A stretch of DNA of 64,000 bases from Planctomycetota bacterium (GTDB lineage: Bacteria > Planctomycetota > Brocadiia > JAADGH01): NCBI GenBank assembly GCA_040755855.1, contig JBFMAD010000018.1, forward strand, positions 17,777-81,776. Reading direction: 5' to 3'. Every line of letters starts with the position of its first letter. Positions within the stretch are counted from its first letter, which is position 1. The notes under the pieces are model-generated. The model did not search any database and was not told the DNA's origin. It was given only the letters and a program-made list of their open reading frames with translations. Positions 49,126 to 58,858 of the stretch are shown piece by piece. The position numbers and the translations under genes were made by a program.

Positions 49126-51195
49126 CTATCCCTCGATGTGCAGACTCTTCTTCATTCGTTGTATATCGGCCTCCGCACCCATGACCACGAGGATATCGCC
49201 TTCCTCGATCACACGGCGAGGATCGGTCGGCGGCGTCGAGGCGCCGGTCCGGGCCGCGCGGATAGCCGCCACATTGACGCCGTAATCCCGTCGCAGGCGG
49301 AGTTGTTCGAGCGTCTTGCCCGCCATCTCTGCGGAGGCCTCAATGGTAACTACGCGATGGCCTTCCCCCATCTCGATATAGTCGAGCCGCATAGTCTGGT
49401 CGTCGCGGTGGATGACCTTCAGCCCCTTTCCGGCCTCCTGGAGCGCCTCCCGCTGATACAGGTCCAGGATGCCGTGTTTGGACACGACGCCCAGGAACTT
49501 CCCCTCCTCATCCACTACGGGAATCTCCTCCACATCACGGTCGAACAGCAGGTCAATGGCCTCGGCCAGCGTGCCGTCGGGCGTGATGGTGGGAACGGAC
49601 TCGTCGGCCAGGTCCTCGGCGATGAGCACCGCCTTGAGGCTTGGCTGGTTAATCACCTTCCGGACCTCATGGATGGACATCACGCCCTTGACGCGGCCAT
49701 CCGGATCCACTACGTAATGGTTCACCAACCTGGACCGCGAGGTCAGGTCGAGCACCTCCGCCAGAGGGGCCTTGGATGGAAGCGTGGAGGCCTGCTGTTC
49801 CATCACGTCGCGCACCTTGGCCGCACGCATGAGCGACGCCTCCAGCCCTTCGTCCAAATGCACGCCGCGTCGGGCCAGTTTCAGGGTGTAGATCGAGTGC
49901 CGGCTCAATCGCGTCGCCACCAGGCTGGCGATGATGCAGGCCGTCATGATGGGGAGGATGATCTTGTAGTCGCCGGTCATCTCGAAGATGATGGCAATGG
50001 CGGCAATCGGGCCGCGCGTCGCCGCTGCCACCACCGCCCCCATGCCGGCCACGGCGTAGGCCCCGGATACCGTCGTGACGCCCGGAAACAGGCCGTGCAC
50101 GATCATGCCAAACGCTCCTCCGAGCGAGGCGCCTATGAGCAGCGACGGCGCGAAAATCCCGCCCGACCCACCCGACCCGATCGTAATCGAGGTGGCCAGT
50201 ATCTTTGCCGCCACGAGCAAGAGCGCCATGCCCAACAACTCCTCGCCCCGAAGGAGTTTCGTAATCGTCTCGTATCCGACGCCATAAATCTGCGGAAAGG
50301 CCGAGAGACCGAGGCCGATGATCAGTCCCCCAAGGACTGCCTTAGTGAATTCGGGCAGTTTGATCTTGCCGAACAGGTCCTCCATGGCGTAGAGGGTCTT
50401 GGTGAAAACCACCGCCGCAATCCCGGCCAGCACGCCCAAAAGGACAAAGAAAACGATCTCCACGGCGGACGCCATCGCATGGGTGGGGATCAGAAAGGCG
50501 GGCAAATCGCCGAAATAGGCACGGGAGATGACCGTGGCCAGGACCGACGAGATGATGAGCGGGCTGAGCGTGTGAATTGCGTAGTTGCCGAGGATGATCT
50601 CCACGCTGAAAAACACACCCGCCACCGGGGCGTTGAACGTAGCTGCAATCCCCCCCGCCGCCCCGCAGGACAGAAGCACCCGAAGCCGCTGCCCGGTGAG
50701 ACCGAAAATCTGCCCGATGGTGGACCCGAGCGCCGAGCCGATCTGGACAATCGGTCCCTCGCGTCCCACCGACCCGCCTGTGCCGATGGTGATGGCCGAC
50801 GCGAGACTCTTCACCAGCACCACCCGCGGTCGGATGAGGCCTCCCCGCATGGCCACCGCCTCCATGACCTCCGGCACGCCGTGCCCCTTGGCCTCTCGCG
50901 CAAAGAAGTAAACAAGCGGCCCCACCACCGCCCCGCCCGCCGCCGGGATGAGCAGTTTCACATACCACGGCATGGCGTTCAGCACCGCCGAAATCTGCTC
51001 GCCCGTGAAACCAAGAGCAAGATACTGAAAGAGCGCGATCAACTTCCGAAACCCGATCGCCCCAAGCCCCGCCGCCAAGCCCACAACGGGCGACAGGATC
51101 AAGACAAAGGTATCCGCATCGAGCTTCCGATAGCCCAGGAGACGATGGACCGTCTTCTGGAGTGCATTTCGCCATCCGTTCACACGACTTGACAT
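49126..51195 (-). CDS. ClC chloride channel/antiporter with CBS pair and TrkA-C domain
   Basis: GHGVPE, GREGP, GGIFAP, SIYT, two CBS domains, GKTLEQLRLRR..GVNVAAI. Confidence 0.93.
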   Translation of the reverse strand: MSSRVNGWRNALQKTVHRLLGYRKLDADTFVLILSPVVGLAAGLGAIGFRKLIALFQYLALGFTGEQISAVLNAMPWYVKLLIPAAGGAVVGPLVYFFAREAKGHGVPEVMEAVAMRGGLIRPRVVLVKSLASAITIGTGGSVGREGPIVQIGSALGSTIGQIFGLTGQRLRVLLSCGAAGGIAATFNAPVAGVFFSVEIILGNYAIHTLSPLIISSVLATVISRAYFGDLPAFLIPTHAMASAVEIVFFVLLGVLAGIAAVVFTKTLYAMEDLFGKIKLPEFTKAVLGGLIIGLGLSAFPQIYGVGYETITKLLRGEELLGMALLLVAAKILATSITIGSGGSGGIFAPSLLIGASLGGAFGMIVHGLFPGVTTVSGAYAVAGMGAVVAAATRGPIAAIAIIFEMTGDYKIILPIMTACIIASLVATRLSRHSIYTLKLARRGVHLDEGLEASLMRAAKVRDVMEQQASTLPSKAPLAEVLDLTSRSRLVNHYVVDPDGRVKGVMSIHEVRKVINQPSLKAVLIAEDLADESVPTITPDGTLAEAIDLLFDRDVEEIPVVDEEGKFLGVVSKHGILDLYQREALQEAGKGLKVIHRDDQTMRLDYIEMGEGHRVVTIEASAEMAGKTLEQLRLRRDYGVNVAAIRAARTGASTPPTDPRRVIEEGDILVVMGAEADIQRMKKSLHIEG

Positions 51196-51647
51196 CTCCG
51201 CCTATACCTTCCGATTCGAAACCAACGCCACAAAAAACTCTCTTGCGCGCCTTCTTGCTTCATCGCCTTTCCACTAACACGGCAGCGCCGCCCGCGCTGC
51301 GCAGTATATCGAAGACGAGCCGGCATTTCAAATGGAGATCGGCAAAATGACCGAGTGAAGTAGATCAGGCTCATGTTTTCGGAGCCGGGAGAAAAAATGG
51401 TTGCACTGTAACCTGTGGCTGACGGCCTAATCTCGACAAATTTCCATAACGATCTGCCATCGCACTACACAAACTGAAACCGCCTGTCCTACTAACCCGC
51501 GTTCTGTGCCGCGGCGAGCCGGATTTGAACGTGAGACAGAGGCAATTCGGTGTGGTGTTTGCAGATCTTTTTTATGCAAGGTGGCAGAAGATTGAGGCAG
51601 CACTACCTCCCCCCCGTAAAATAATGAAGGGCAGACCACATTTCATC

Positions 51648-52931
51648 CTATGCCTTCACCGATTGCCGCACGACCGCCATGCTCTCGGTCTGGCGGCGGC
51701 GGACGGTGTTCATGGCGGCGGCAAGATAGGCCAGGGCGGTGGGGTAGTCGGCCTGCACGGCCATCAACCGGTCGGCGATGTCGCGGCCCTGGACCTCGTC
51801 AATCTCGAACGTCCAGTCGCTCAGGCCGATGTCGTGATACATATGGCCCTTGATCGTGTCGGTCGGCTGGCGCAGGTAGAAGCACGGCGCGCCGTGCGCG
51901 GCGGCGATGATGGGCGAGTGGCACTCGAAACTGACCACCGTGTGCGCGCGGCGATAGACCGACCCCGCCTCGTCGGGCAGCCAGTAGCTGTCGCGGTGCA
52001 CCACGTTCCTCTTCACGTCGTCCGGCAAAGGATCAATAAGGAGTGGCCGCGCAATCTCGACCTGGTAGGTCATCTCCGGGCAGACCAGGACCTTCATGCC
52101 CGTCTCGCGCACCCATCGGATGATCACGTCTCGCATCTTTGCGTGGTCGGCCTCTTTGTGTTTCTCGTTCAGGGCGTCAACCTCGCGGATCTTTTCCTTC
52201 GTCCATTTCGCGCTCGGATGGATCTTGTAGTACGGCGTCTTGCGCAGGCGCGGGATGGCGCAGATGAACTGCCGCTCGGCGAGGCCGTGTTCCTTCATGT
52301 ATGCCAGGGCGGCCTCGTCGTTGCGCAGGTCAATGGCGAACGTCGCGTCGGGTGCGAAGTCGAGAACGGGCGGCGACGCGCCCGCCGCGCGGACGGCGGT
52401 GATGGACTTCGTATCCCGCGTGAAGACGAACTTCGCCCCGTTCAGTAGGTCGCGCAGCTTGTCGTCCGGGTGCTCGATGGTGGTCCCGTAGATTCCGTAG
52501 GGCTTCCCGGTCAGTCGCCGCCACACCCACAGGTCGCGGTGGCACACCACGCCGGGCCCCGAGCCGTGGAGTAGGAAGTCGGCCTCCTCAAACGCCGTGG
52601 CCAGCTCTTCGGTCGTCGGCTTGTTCTCCTCGCCGATATCGCCCTTGACGATGCCGACCTTGGGGAAGCGCCGCCGGAGCATCGGCTCGACGCCGCGGTC
52701 AACGCTGCGAGGCCAGAGGGTCACGTCTGCCTCGGGCACATGGTCCTCTAACAACCGCAGGAGGCCCGGCGTGTGGCCGATGTCGCCGATGTTGACAGTC
52801 TGCCATCCGGACCGAACGAGGATTCGTTGCCGTTTTGTGTCTTGGGCGATTGTCATGCGAACTCCTGTTCCAAGCGTTATCACCGCGGCCCGGCCCAGCC
52901 AGGCGCGACGCGTTATTGTGTCCTGCCGCAT
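51648..52931 (-). CDS. Tat-exported polysaccharide pyruvyl transferase family protein
   Basis: TRRAWL, NIGDIGHTPG, HGSG, FTRD, PDATF. Confidence 0.8.
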   Translation of the reverse strand: MRQDTITRRAWLGRAAVITLGTGVRMTIAQDTKRQRILVRSGWQTVNIGDIGHTPGLLRLLEDHVPEADVTLWPRSVDRGVEPMLRRRFPKVGIVKGDIGEENKPTTEELATAFEEADFLLHGSGPGVVCHRDLWVWRRLTGKPYGIYGTTIEHPDDKLRDLLNGAKFVFTRDTKSITAVRAAGASPPVLDFAPDATFAIDLRNDEAALAYMKEHGLAERQFICAIPRLRKTPYYKIHPSAKWTKEKIREVDALNEKHKEADHAKMRDVIIRWVRETGMKVLVCPEMTYQVEIARPLLIDPLPDDVKRNVVHRDSYWLPDEAGSVYRRAHTVVSFECHSPIIAAAHGAPCFYLRQPTDTIKGHMYHDIGLSDWTFEIDEVQGRDIADRLMAVQADYPTALAYLAAAMNTVRRRQTESMAVVRQSVKA

Positions 52932-52938
52932 CCTCAAC

Positions 52939-54336
52939 CTACTTCCACGGATTCTCGACGCCCTCGAATGCTCCGGGGTCGAACTTGGCCAGCGCGGCGT
53001 GCATCCGCTTGCATAGGTCCGGGTGACTCTTGGCGACGTTCTTCTCCTGGCTCGCATCGCGCTTCAGGTCAATCAGCCACGGCTCGCGCTCGCCCGTCGG
53101 CCAGCAGGCGTAGAGCCAGTCCTTCGTCAGGACCTGGCGCAGATTCGTCTGGCCCTGGATCGCGCCGTTGAAGGCGTAGGGACGCGCCTTGACCTTCTTC
53201 CCCGCGATGACCGGCAGGAGCGACTCGCCCTGGAACTCCTTCGGGCATTTGAGGCCGAAGAGGTCCATCACCGTCGGGGCGATGTCCCACGGCTGGGCGA
53301 CGCGCTGGATGCGCTTGCCCTTGCTCTGCCCCGGCAGCTTGACGAAGAGCGGGACCCGCGCGATGCCCGTGCGCAGCGGGAACCATGTGATCTTGCCCTC
53401 GGGGCGGCGGCCCTCGATGAGCCATGCCCCCTCCTCGCCGACGAAGTGCGGCTTGCCGGAGCAGCCGGCGTCGCCGACAAACCCGGCGCAGATGCCGTGG
53501 TCGGAGGTGAAGATGATCGCGACCTCGTCGAGGACCTGGAGCTTGTCCAGCGTCGCCAGCAGGCGGCCGATGCAGCCGTCCACCATGGTGCACTCGCCGG
53601 CGTAGCGGGCCTGGGTGTGCCGGATCTCGCGGTCGGTGATGCCGAGTTTTTTGTAGAAGCCGTAGGGCGGGAACTCGATGACGCGGCCTTTGTAGCCGGG
53701 GGCGTAGCGGTCGATGTGCCACTGCGGCGGGTCCCACGGCTCGTGCGGGTCGAAGGTCTCGAGCCAGAGGAAGAAGGTGGGGCGCTTGTAGTTGCGCTCT
53801 AACCACTCGCAGGCCATCTTGTAGGTACCCGGGGCGAAGAAGTCCTCCTCGTATCGGCGGCGGGCGCGGTTTTCCTGCACGCGGCAATAGGTGCCGACGT
53901 TGTATCGGATGACCTTGTGCGGCACGGGCATGGCGTCGGACACGTTATAGTCGGCGGCATAGCCGTCGCCCTCCTGGCCGCGGTTGCAGACGTAGTATTC
54001 GAAGCCCTGGAACATGTTGCGCCCGCGCGTGACGCCGTTGGCCACGTCGGTGATCATGGACGTGTGGATGCCGTTGTTGTTCAGCCGCGCGGCGAGTGTG
54101 ACCTCGTCGTTGGCGATGTTGATCCAGGGATTGAAGGCGTGCTTGGGCTTGTGTCCCTTGCTCAGGACGATGTCGCGCCGGTTCGGTCCCGTGGGGAAGG
54201 AACCGATGTAGCACCGGTCGAAGACGTGCGACATGCCGGCCAGCCTGTCGAGGTTCGGCGTGTAAATCTTCTGGTTGCCGTACGCCCCGATGTGATCGCG
54301 GCGGTACGAATCCGACATGATGAAAATGACCTTCAT
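52939..54336 (-). CDS. Sulfatase-like hydrolase (alkaline phosphatase superfamily), Thr at the nucleophile position
   Basis: IMSD, TPNLD, SFPTGPNR, FDPHEPW, TSDHG. Confidence 0.88.
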   Translation of the reverse strand: MKVIFIMSDSYRRDHIGAYGNQKIYTPNLDRLAGMSHVFDRCYIGSFPTGPNRRDIVLSKGHKPKHAFNPWINIANDEVTLAARLNNNGIHTSMITDVANGVTRGRNMFQGFEYYVCNRGQEGDGYAADYNVSDAMPVPHKVIRYNVGTYCRVQENRARRRYEEDFFAPGTYKMACEWLERNYKRPTFFLWLETFDPHEPWDPPQWHIDRYAPGYKGRVIEFPPYGFYKKLGITDREIRHTQARYAGECTMVDGCIGRLLATLDKLQVLDEVAIIFTSDHGICAGFVGDAGCSGKPHFVGEEGAWLIEGRRPEGKITWFPLRTGIARVPLFVKLPGQSKGKRIQRVAQPWDIAPTVMDLFGLKCPKEFQGESLLPVIAGKKVKARPYAFNGAIQGQTNLRQVLTKDWLYACWPTGEREPWLIDLKRDASQEKNVAKSHPDLCKRMHAALAKFDPGAFEGVENPWK

Positions 54337-54352
54337 CTCTTCCCTCCTCTTG

Positions 54353-54520
54353 ACCCTAATCGTGATCCCAATCCTAATCTTCTTCCACCACGAAGCACAC
54401 GAACGGCATGAAGAAAGGATACAGGATTCTGGCTCCTAGATTCTGTATTCTGTTCTTCTGTTCCTTCGTGTTTTCCGTAGTTTCCCCCGATTCAAAATCG
54501 CAAATCGCCAGTCGAAAATC
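54353..54520. repeat. Mosaic of four short tandem-repeat families
   Basis: AATCGT/AATCCT hexamers, CACGAA/TTCGTG 9-mers, ATTCTG 7-mers and AAATCGC 7-mers. Confidence 0.7.
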
Positions 54521-55361
54521 AAGGGGCGCGGTCCGGCCCGAAGGTCTCTTCGGAGTGGGGGCGAGACCGGAACAGGGCCGTGCGAAAGGCATGGGGGGAG
54601 AGTCCGAATCGCTTCTTGAAGAGCTTGGAAAACTGCGCCGGGTCTTCATGTCCAATGTCCCGCGCCACCGTCTTGACCTGACGCATCGGGTCCTCCAACT
54701 GGCGCGCGGCCCACTGCATGCGATGGTGCAGGAGGAAATCGTACGGGGCGCGTTGGTGCTGTTCCCGAAAGAGGCGGCGAAAGTGGCTGTAAGACAGATG
54801 CATCCGCCGGGCCTCCGAGCAGAAGTCATACGGATCGAGCGGGGCCGTACGGATGCGTCGGGCCAGGTCCTCCAGCCCCTCATGGTGCGGTCCCGACGCG
54901 GCGTCGTCGCGTCGTCCTTCGACGAGCATGCCCAGGAAGGTCTCCAAGCGCAGGACGCAGGCGGCGTGGCGGCGGCGGTCCCCCTCGTTCACGTCCACCG
55001 CAAGCGCCTGGAAGATGTCGGCGAACTCGGTTGGCCGATAGACGGGCGCACAGCCTGCATCCGAGATGGACATGAATCCCTTCTCCATGATTCGCTGGCC
55101 CCTCGGCCCGCGAAAGACGACCCAATGGTGATACCAGCCGTCCCCATCCATCGGTCCGTACTGATAGGTGTGCCGAGGGTGATGCCAAAACGCCGTCGGG
55201 CGATCGAGCACGCTTCGCGGTCCGCCATCGATCCCGAAGTACATGCGGCCGGACAGGATGAATTGCAGGTGGTACGTCTCCGCGAAGCGCCTGTCAATGA
55301 CGACCCGGCAGGCGGGAACGACCCCAGCGCGAAGGAATGTGACGTCGTCAAAGTAGCCCAT
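54519..55361 (-). CDS. AraC family transcriptional regulator
   Basis: Cupin N-terminus, LSYSHFRRLF, FSKLFKKRFGLSP HTH pair. Confidence 0.93.
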   Translation of the reverse strand: MGYFDDVTFLRAGVVPACRVVIDRRFAETYHLQFILSGRMYFGIDGGPRSVLDRPTAFWHHPRHTYQYGPMDGDGWYHHWVVFRGPRGQRIMEKGFMSISDAGCAPVYRPTEFADIFQALAVDVNEGDRRRHAACVLRLETFLGMLVEGRRDDAASGPHHEGLEDLARRIRTAPLDPYDFCSEARRMHLSYSHFRRLFREQHQRAPYDFLLHHRMQWAARQLEDPMRQVKTVARDIGHEDPAQFSKLFKKRFGLSPHAFRTALFRSRPHSEETFGPDRAP

Positions 55362-55502
55362 ATGTGTAATCAAATATGACAACAAGTCGGCCAGATATGC
55401 CATTTACTATGGCTCTCACTGGCGTTAAAGTCAAGAGAAATGATCCGCAACAATCGCCAAAAACGACATGGGACATTGCCTATGGGAACAGGAGGATTTG
55501 AT

Positions 55503-56336
55503 GTGAAGAAAACCGCTCAACCCGCCAAACAACAGACGACGCCCTGCATGCGCCTCGGCTGCCAAACGATCACATGGGACAAGGAACGCACGGAGAAGCG
55601 CGACTACACGGTGCAAGCCGTGGCCCGCGCCGGCTATGAGGGCGTCGAGATCGGCGCACGCTTCCTGGACCTCGATCACCCGCAGGAGTTCAAGCGCGTC
55701 CTCGACGAGAACGGCGTCCGCCTCATCGCCATACATACCGGCTGGAACCCCTTCCTCGGCGAGTCCGGCAAGGGGGCCGGCGAGATCGCCCGCGCCATCG
55801 CCTTCGCCCAGGTCGCCAAAACCCCATACCTGGCCATGAGCGGAAAAGACGACGAGGCCCAGCTCCTCGCACAGGTGGAGGGGCTGAACACCCTCGGCGA
55901 GAAGTGCAGGGAAAACGGCATGACCTTCTGCTACCATAACCACTGGTGGGAGATTCGCGACCGGGCGCGCCTGCTGGCTGAGATCGAGCGGCGCACCGAC
56001 CCGGACCTCGTGAGCTTCTGCCCGGACATCGGATGGGTCCGCAAGGTCACGCCCGACGTCACCGACGTGCTGGGCATCATTGAGTCGAGAATCCGTCTCG
56101 TCCATTTCAAGGACTATGTGGCCGACGGCCTCGATGCGAAGGACAACGAGACGGAGTTTGGGCAGGGCGTCCTGGACTTCGAGGGGGCCTTCGCCTTCCT
56201 CCGCCGACTGCCTGTCGGTGAGCTGTGGGTCATCGCTGAGCAGTGGAAGTCAACGGAGAACCACCTTCCACCCGAAGAGTCCATCCAACGCAATTGTGAA
56301 TTTCTCAAGACACTGATAGGAGATGAGAGACGATGA
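55503..56336 (+). CDS. Sugar phosphate isomerase/epimerase (IolE-like TIM barrel)
   Basis: GYEGVE, YHNH, PDIGW, HFKD, EFGQG, AEQ. Confidence 0.88.
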   Translation: MKKTAQPAKQQTTPCMRLGCQTITWDKERTEKRDYTVQAVARAGYEGVEIGARFLDLDHPQEFKRVLDENGVRLIAIHTGWNPFLGESGKGAGEIARAIAFAQVAKTPYLAMSGKDDEAQLLAQVEGLNTLGEKCRENGMTFCYHNHWWEIRDRARLLAEIERRTDPDLVSFCPDIGWVRKVTPDVTDVLGIIESRIRLVHFKDYVADGLDAKDNETEFGQGVLDFEGAFAFLRRLPVGELWVIAEQWKSTENHLPPEESIQRNCEFLKTLIGDERR

Positions 56337-57430
56337 CAAAGCAAGAACCGCTCGGCGTCGCCATCATCGGCTGCGGTCGCATCGCCGAGCACTATGCGAC
56401 GAGCCTGATGACCAAGCCGGACAAGGTGCGGCTCATCGGCGGCTATGACACCGTCCCTGAACGCGCCCGCGAACTGATGGGTAAGCACGGAGCGCGGACC
56501 TTCGAGACCCACGATGCGCTCCTGGCCAACCCGGAGGTGCAGATTGTCCTGAACCTGACGATCCAGCAGGTCCATGCCGATGTGACGACCCAGGCCCTCG
56601 AAGCCGGCAAGCATGTCCACTCCGAGAAGCCCCTGGCGTGCAGTCGGGAGGACGGGGCGGCGCTGCTGAGGCTGGCCGATAAGAAGGGGCTGCGGCTGAG
56701 CTGCGCGCCCTTCACCTTCCTCGGCGAGGCCCAGCAGACCTTCATCAAGGCCCAGCGCGACGGTTGCATCGGCAAGCCGATGGTGGCCTACGCCGAGATG
56801 AACTGGGGCGCCATCGAGCGCCGGGCCCCCCGCCCCATCCCCTACTACCAAAAGGGCGCCGGGCCGCTCTTGGATGTCGGCGTCTATGCCCTCACGCTCC
56901 TCACCTCCGCCCTCGGACCGGTCAAGCGCGTGATTGGCTTTGCCCAGATCGTCCAGCCGGAGCGCGTCATCGCCAGCGGGCCGGACCAGGGGACAAAGTT
57001 CACCGTCGAGACTCCCGACCAGGTCGTGGGCGGTCTTGAGTTCGAGTGCGGGACCGTGGGGCGGATCACGGCCAGCTTCCGCGCCGGACAATCGAAGCAG
57101 GCGAACGGCACGGAGTTCCACGGCGAGGGGGGAAGCTTGTTCATCGCCTCCAACACCGGGTTCAATGCCGCCGTTGAGCGATATGATCTTGGGACAGAGA
57201 AATGGAGCGCAGTGCAGTATATAAAGCAGCCCTTTGCCGGCATCGAATGGGGACGGGCGGTTTTCGATCTGGTGAATTCGCTCCGGACCAGCAGCCCCCA
57301 GCGCTGCACGGGCCGGCAGGCCTATCATGTGCTGGACATCTGCCTCGGCATCCTCGAATCGGCGGAATCGGGGCGACCGGTGAAGGTGTCGAGCCGCTTT
57401 GATCCGCCCGCACTCATGCCGTGGGTGTAA
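56333..57430 (+). CDS. Gfo/Idh/MocA family oxidoreductase
   Basis: IGCGRI, SEKPLA, DVGVY. Confidence 0.92.
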   Translation: MTKQEPLGVAIIGCGRIAEHYATSLMTKPDKVRLIGGYDTVPERARELMGKHGARTFETHDALLANPEVQIVLNLTIQQVHADVTTQALEAGKHVHSEKPLACSREDGAALLRLADKKGLRLSCAPFTFLGEAQQTFIKAQRDGCIGKPMVAYAEMNWGAIERRAPRPIPYYQKGAGPLLDVGVYALTLLTSALGPVKRVIGFAQIVQPERVIASGPDQGTKFTVETPDQVVGGLEFECGTVGRITASFRAGQSKQANGTEFHGEGGSLFIASNTGFNAAVERYDLGTEKWSAVQYIKQPFAGIEWGRAVFDLVNSLRTSSPQRCTGRQAYHVLDICLGILESAESGRPVKVSSRFDPPALMPWV

Positions 57431-57464
57431 CCATTCAACGCCGACCATGGGTAGGACAGACACG

Positions 57465-58760
57465 ATGAGAAAGAAGAGAGGCACACGTCGGGACTTCTTA
57501 AGGCGTTCCGCGACGGCAGTGGGTGCGGCTGTGGCCGCGCCGTGGGTCATCCCCGCCTCCGCGCTGGGGGGCGACGAGCGCCCCGCCCCGAGCGAACGGA
57601 TCGTCATGGGCTGCATCGGCGGCGGCGCGCGCGGGCAGATCAACATCCGGTTGTTCATCGAGGCGCCGGAGGTCCAGTTCGTCGCCGTGTGCGACGTGGA
57701 TGCCGGGGTATGCGAGCAGGCAAAGGCCCTGATTGACAATCACTACGGGAACACCGACTGTAAGGTATATAACGACTTCCGCGAGCTGCTCGACCGCGGC
57801 GACATTGACGCCGTGGATATATCCACTCCGGACCACTGGCACGCCATCCCCACCATCGAGGCATGCAAGATGGGCATTGACGTGCACGTGGAGAAGCCGC
57901 TCTCCCTCACCATCCGCGAGGGGCGGGCGATGGTCGAGACCGCGCGGCGTTATGCGCGGGTCGTGCAGACCGGCAGCGAGGCGCGGTCAATCGCGTGCAA
58001 CCGCTTTGCGTGCGAGCTGGTGCGCAACGGGCGCATCGGCGAGGTGAAGGAGGTCTATGTGAGCGGCGTGGGCGGGCCTTCAACGATGGACGTCCTCCCC
58101 GCCGAGCCGGTCCCCGACGGGCTGGACTGGGACATGTGGCTCGGTCCCGCGCCCTGGCGGCCACACAACAGCGGTTACCATCCCTTCACGTGGCGGAATT
58201 TCTACGACTTTTCCGGCGGCGGCCTGACCGATTGGGGTGCGCACCACTTCGATCTGTCTCAGTGGGCCTTGGGCATGGACGACAGCGGCCCCGTTGAAAT
58301 CATCCCGCCCGACGGGAAGGAGCACAAGTTCCTCACCTACATCTATGCCAATGGCGTGCGGATGTATCACGTGCTCGGTGCGGCGCCGCCGGTGGAGATG
58401 CTGGGGGCCGTCACCATGATCGGCACGGAGGGGCGGATCGGGTTCCGCTACGGCCAGTTGGAGGGGACCGACCCGCCGGAACTTGCGCGGGACGTCATCC
58501 GACCGGGCGAGATTCACCTCTACCAGTGTCCGCCGGGCGGTCACGAACGGGGCGACTTCCTCACATGCCTTCGCACGCGGCAGAGGCCGGGGGCCGACGT
58601 GGAGATCGGCCATCGGTCGGTCACGGTCGCGCACCTTGGCGGGATCGCCTACCGGCTGCGCCGCCCGCTCAAGTGGGACCCGGTGAAGGAGGAATTCATC
58701 GGCGACGCCGAGGCCAACCGGATGTGTGCGCGGCCGATGCGCGCACCGTGGCGAGTGTAG
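57465..58760 (+). CDS. Tat-exported Gfo/Idh/MocA family oxidoreductase
   Basis: TRRDFL, TPDHWH, VEKPL, WDMWLGPAP, DWGAHH. Confidence 0.93.
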   Translation: MRKKRGTRRDFLRRSATAVGAAVAAPWVIPASALGGDERPAPSERIVMGCIGGGARGQINIRLFIEAPEVQFVAVCDVDAGVCEQAKALIDNHYGNTDCKVYNDFRELLDRGDIDAVDISTPDHWHAIPTIEACKMGIDVHVEKPLSLTIREGRAMVETARRYARVVQTGSEARSIACNRFACELVRNGRIGEVKEVYVSGVGGPSTMDVLPAEPVPDGLDWDMWLGPAPWRPHNSGYHPFTWRNFYDFSGGGLTDWGAHHFDLSQWALGMDDSGPVEIIPPDGKEHKFLTYIYANGVRMYHVLGAAPPVEMLGAVTMIGTEGRIGFRYGQLEGTDPPELARDVIRPGEIHLYQCPPGGHERGDFLTCLRTRQRPGADVEIGHRSVTVAHLGGIAYRLRRPLKWDPVKEEFIGDAEANRMCARPMRAPWRV

Positions 58761-58858
58761 AGCCTATCGGTCCCGTAGCGAAGCGCTATCGCCCCGGCAG
58801 GTAGGATCATGTTGGTTCTCACGTGAAAAAATTGCGTTCAAATGCGATCCTAAGGAGG

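Noticed and set aside
48382-51192. 936-aa plus-strand ORF
   Set aside because: Antisense to the ClC gene and the 46528-49095 gene. Arg/His/Gly-rich composition typical of shadow frames.
51196-51647. Possible fluoride riboswitch upstream of the ClC gene (GGCGATGA on the minus strand)
   Set aside because: No pairing TCGCC or downstream GCTRATGAC element, and the ClC has GREGP rather than the fluoride-type GREGT.
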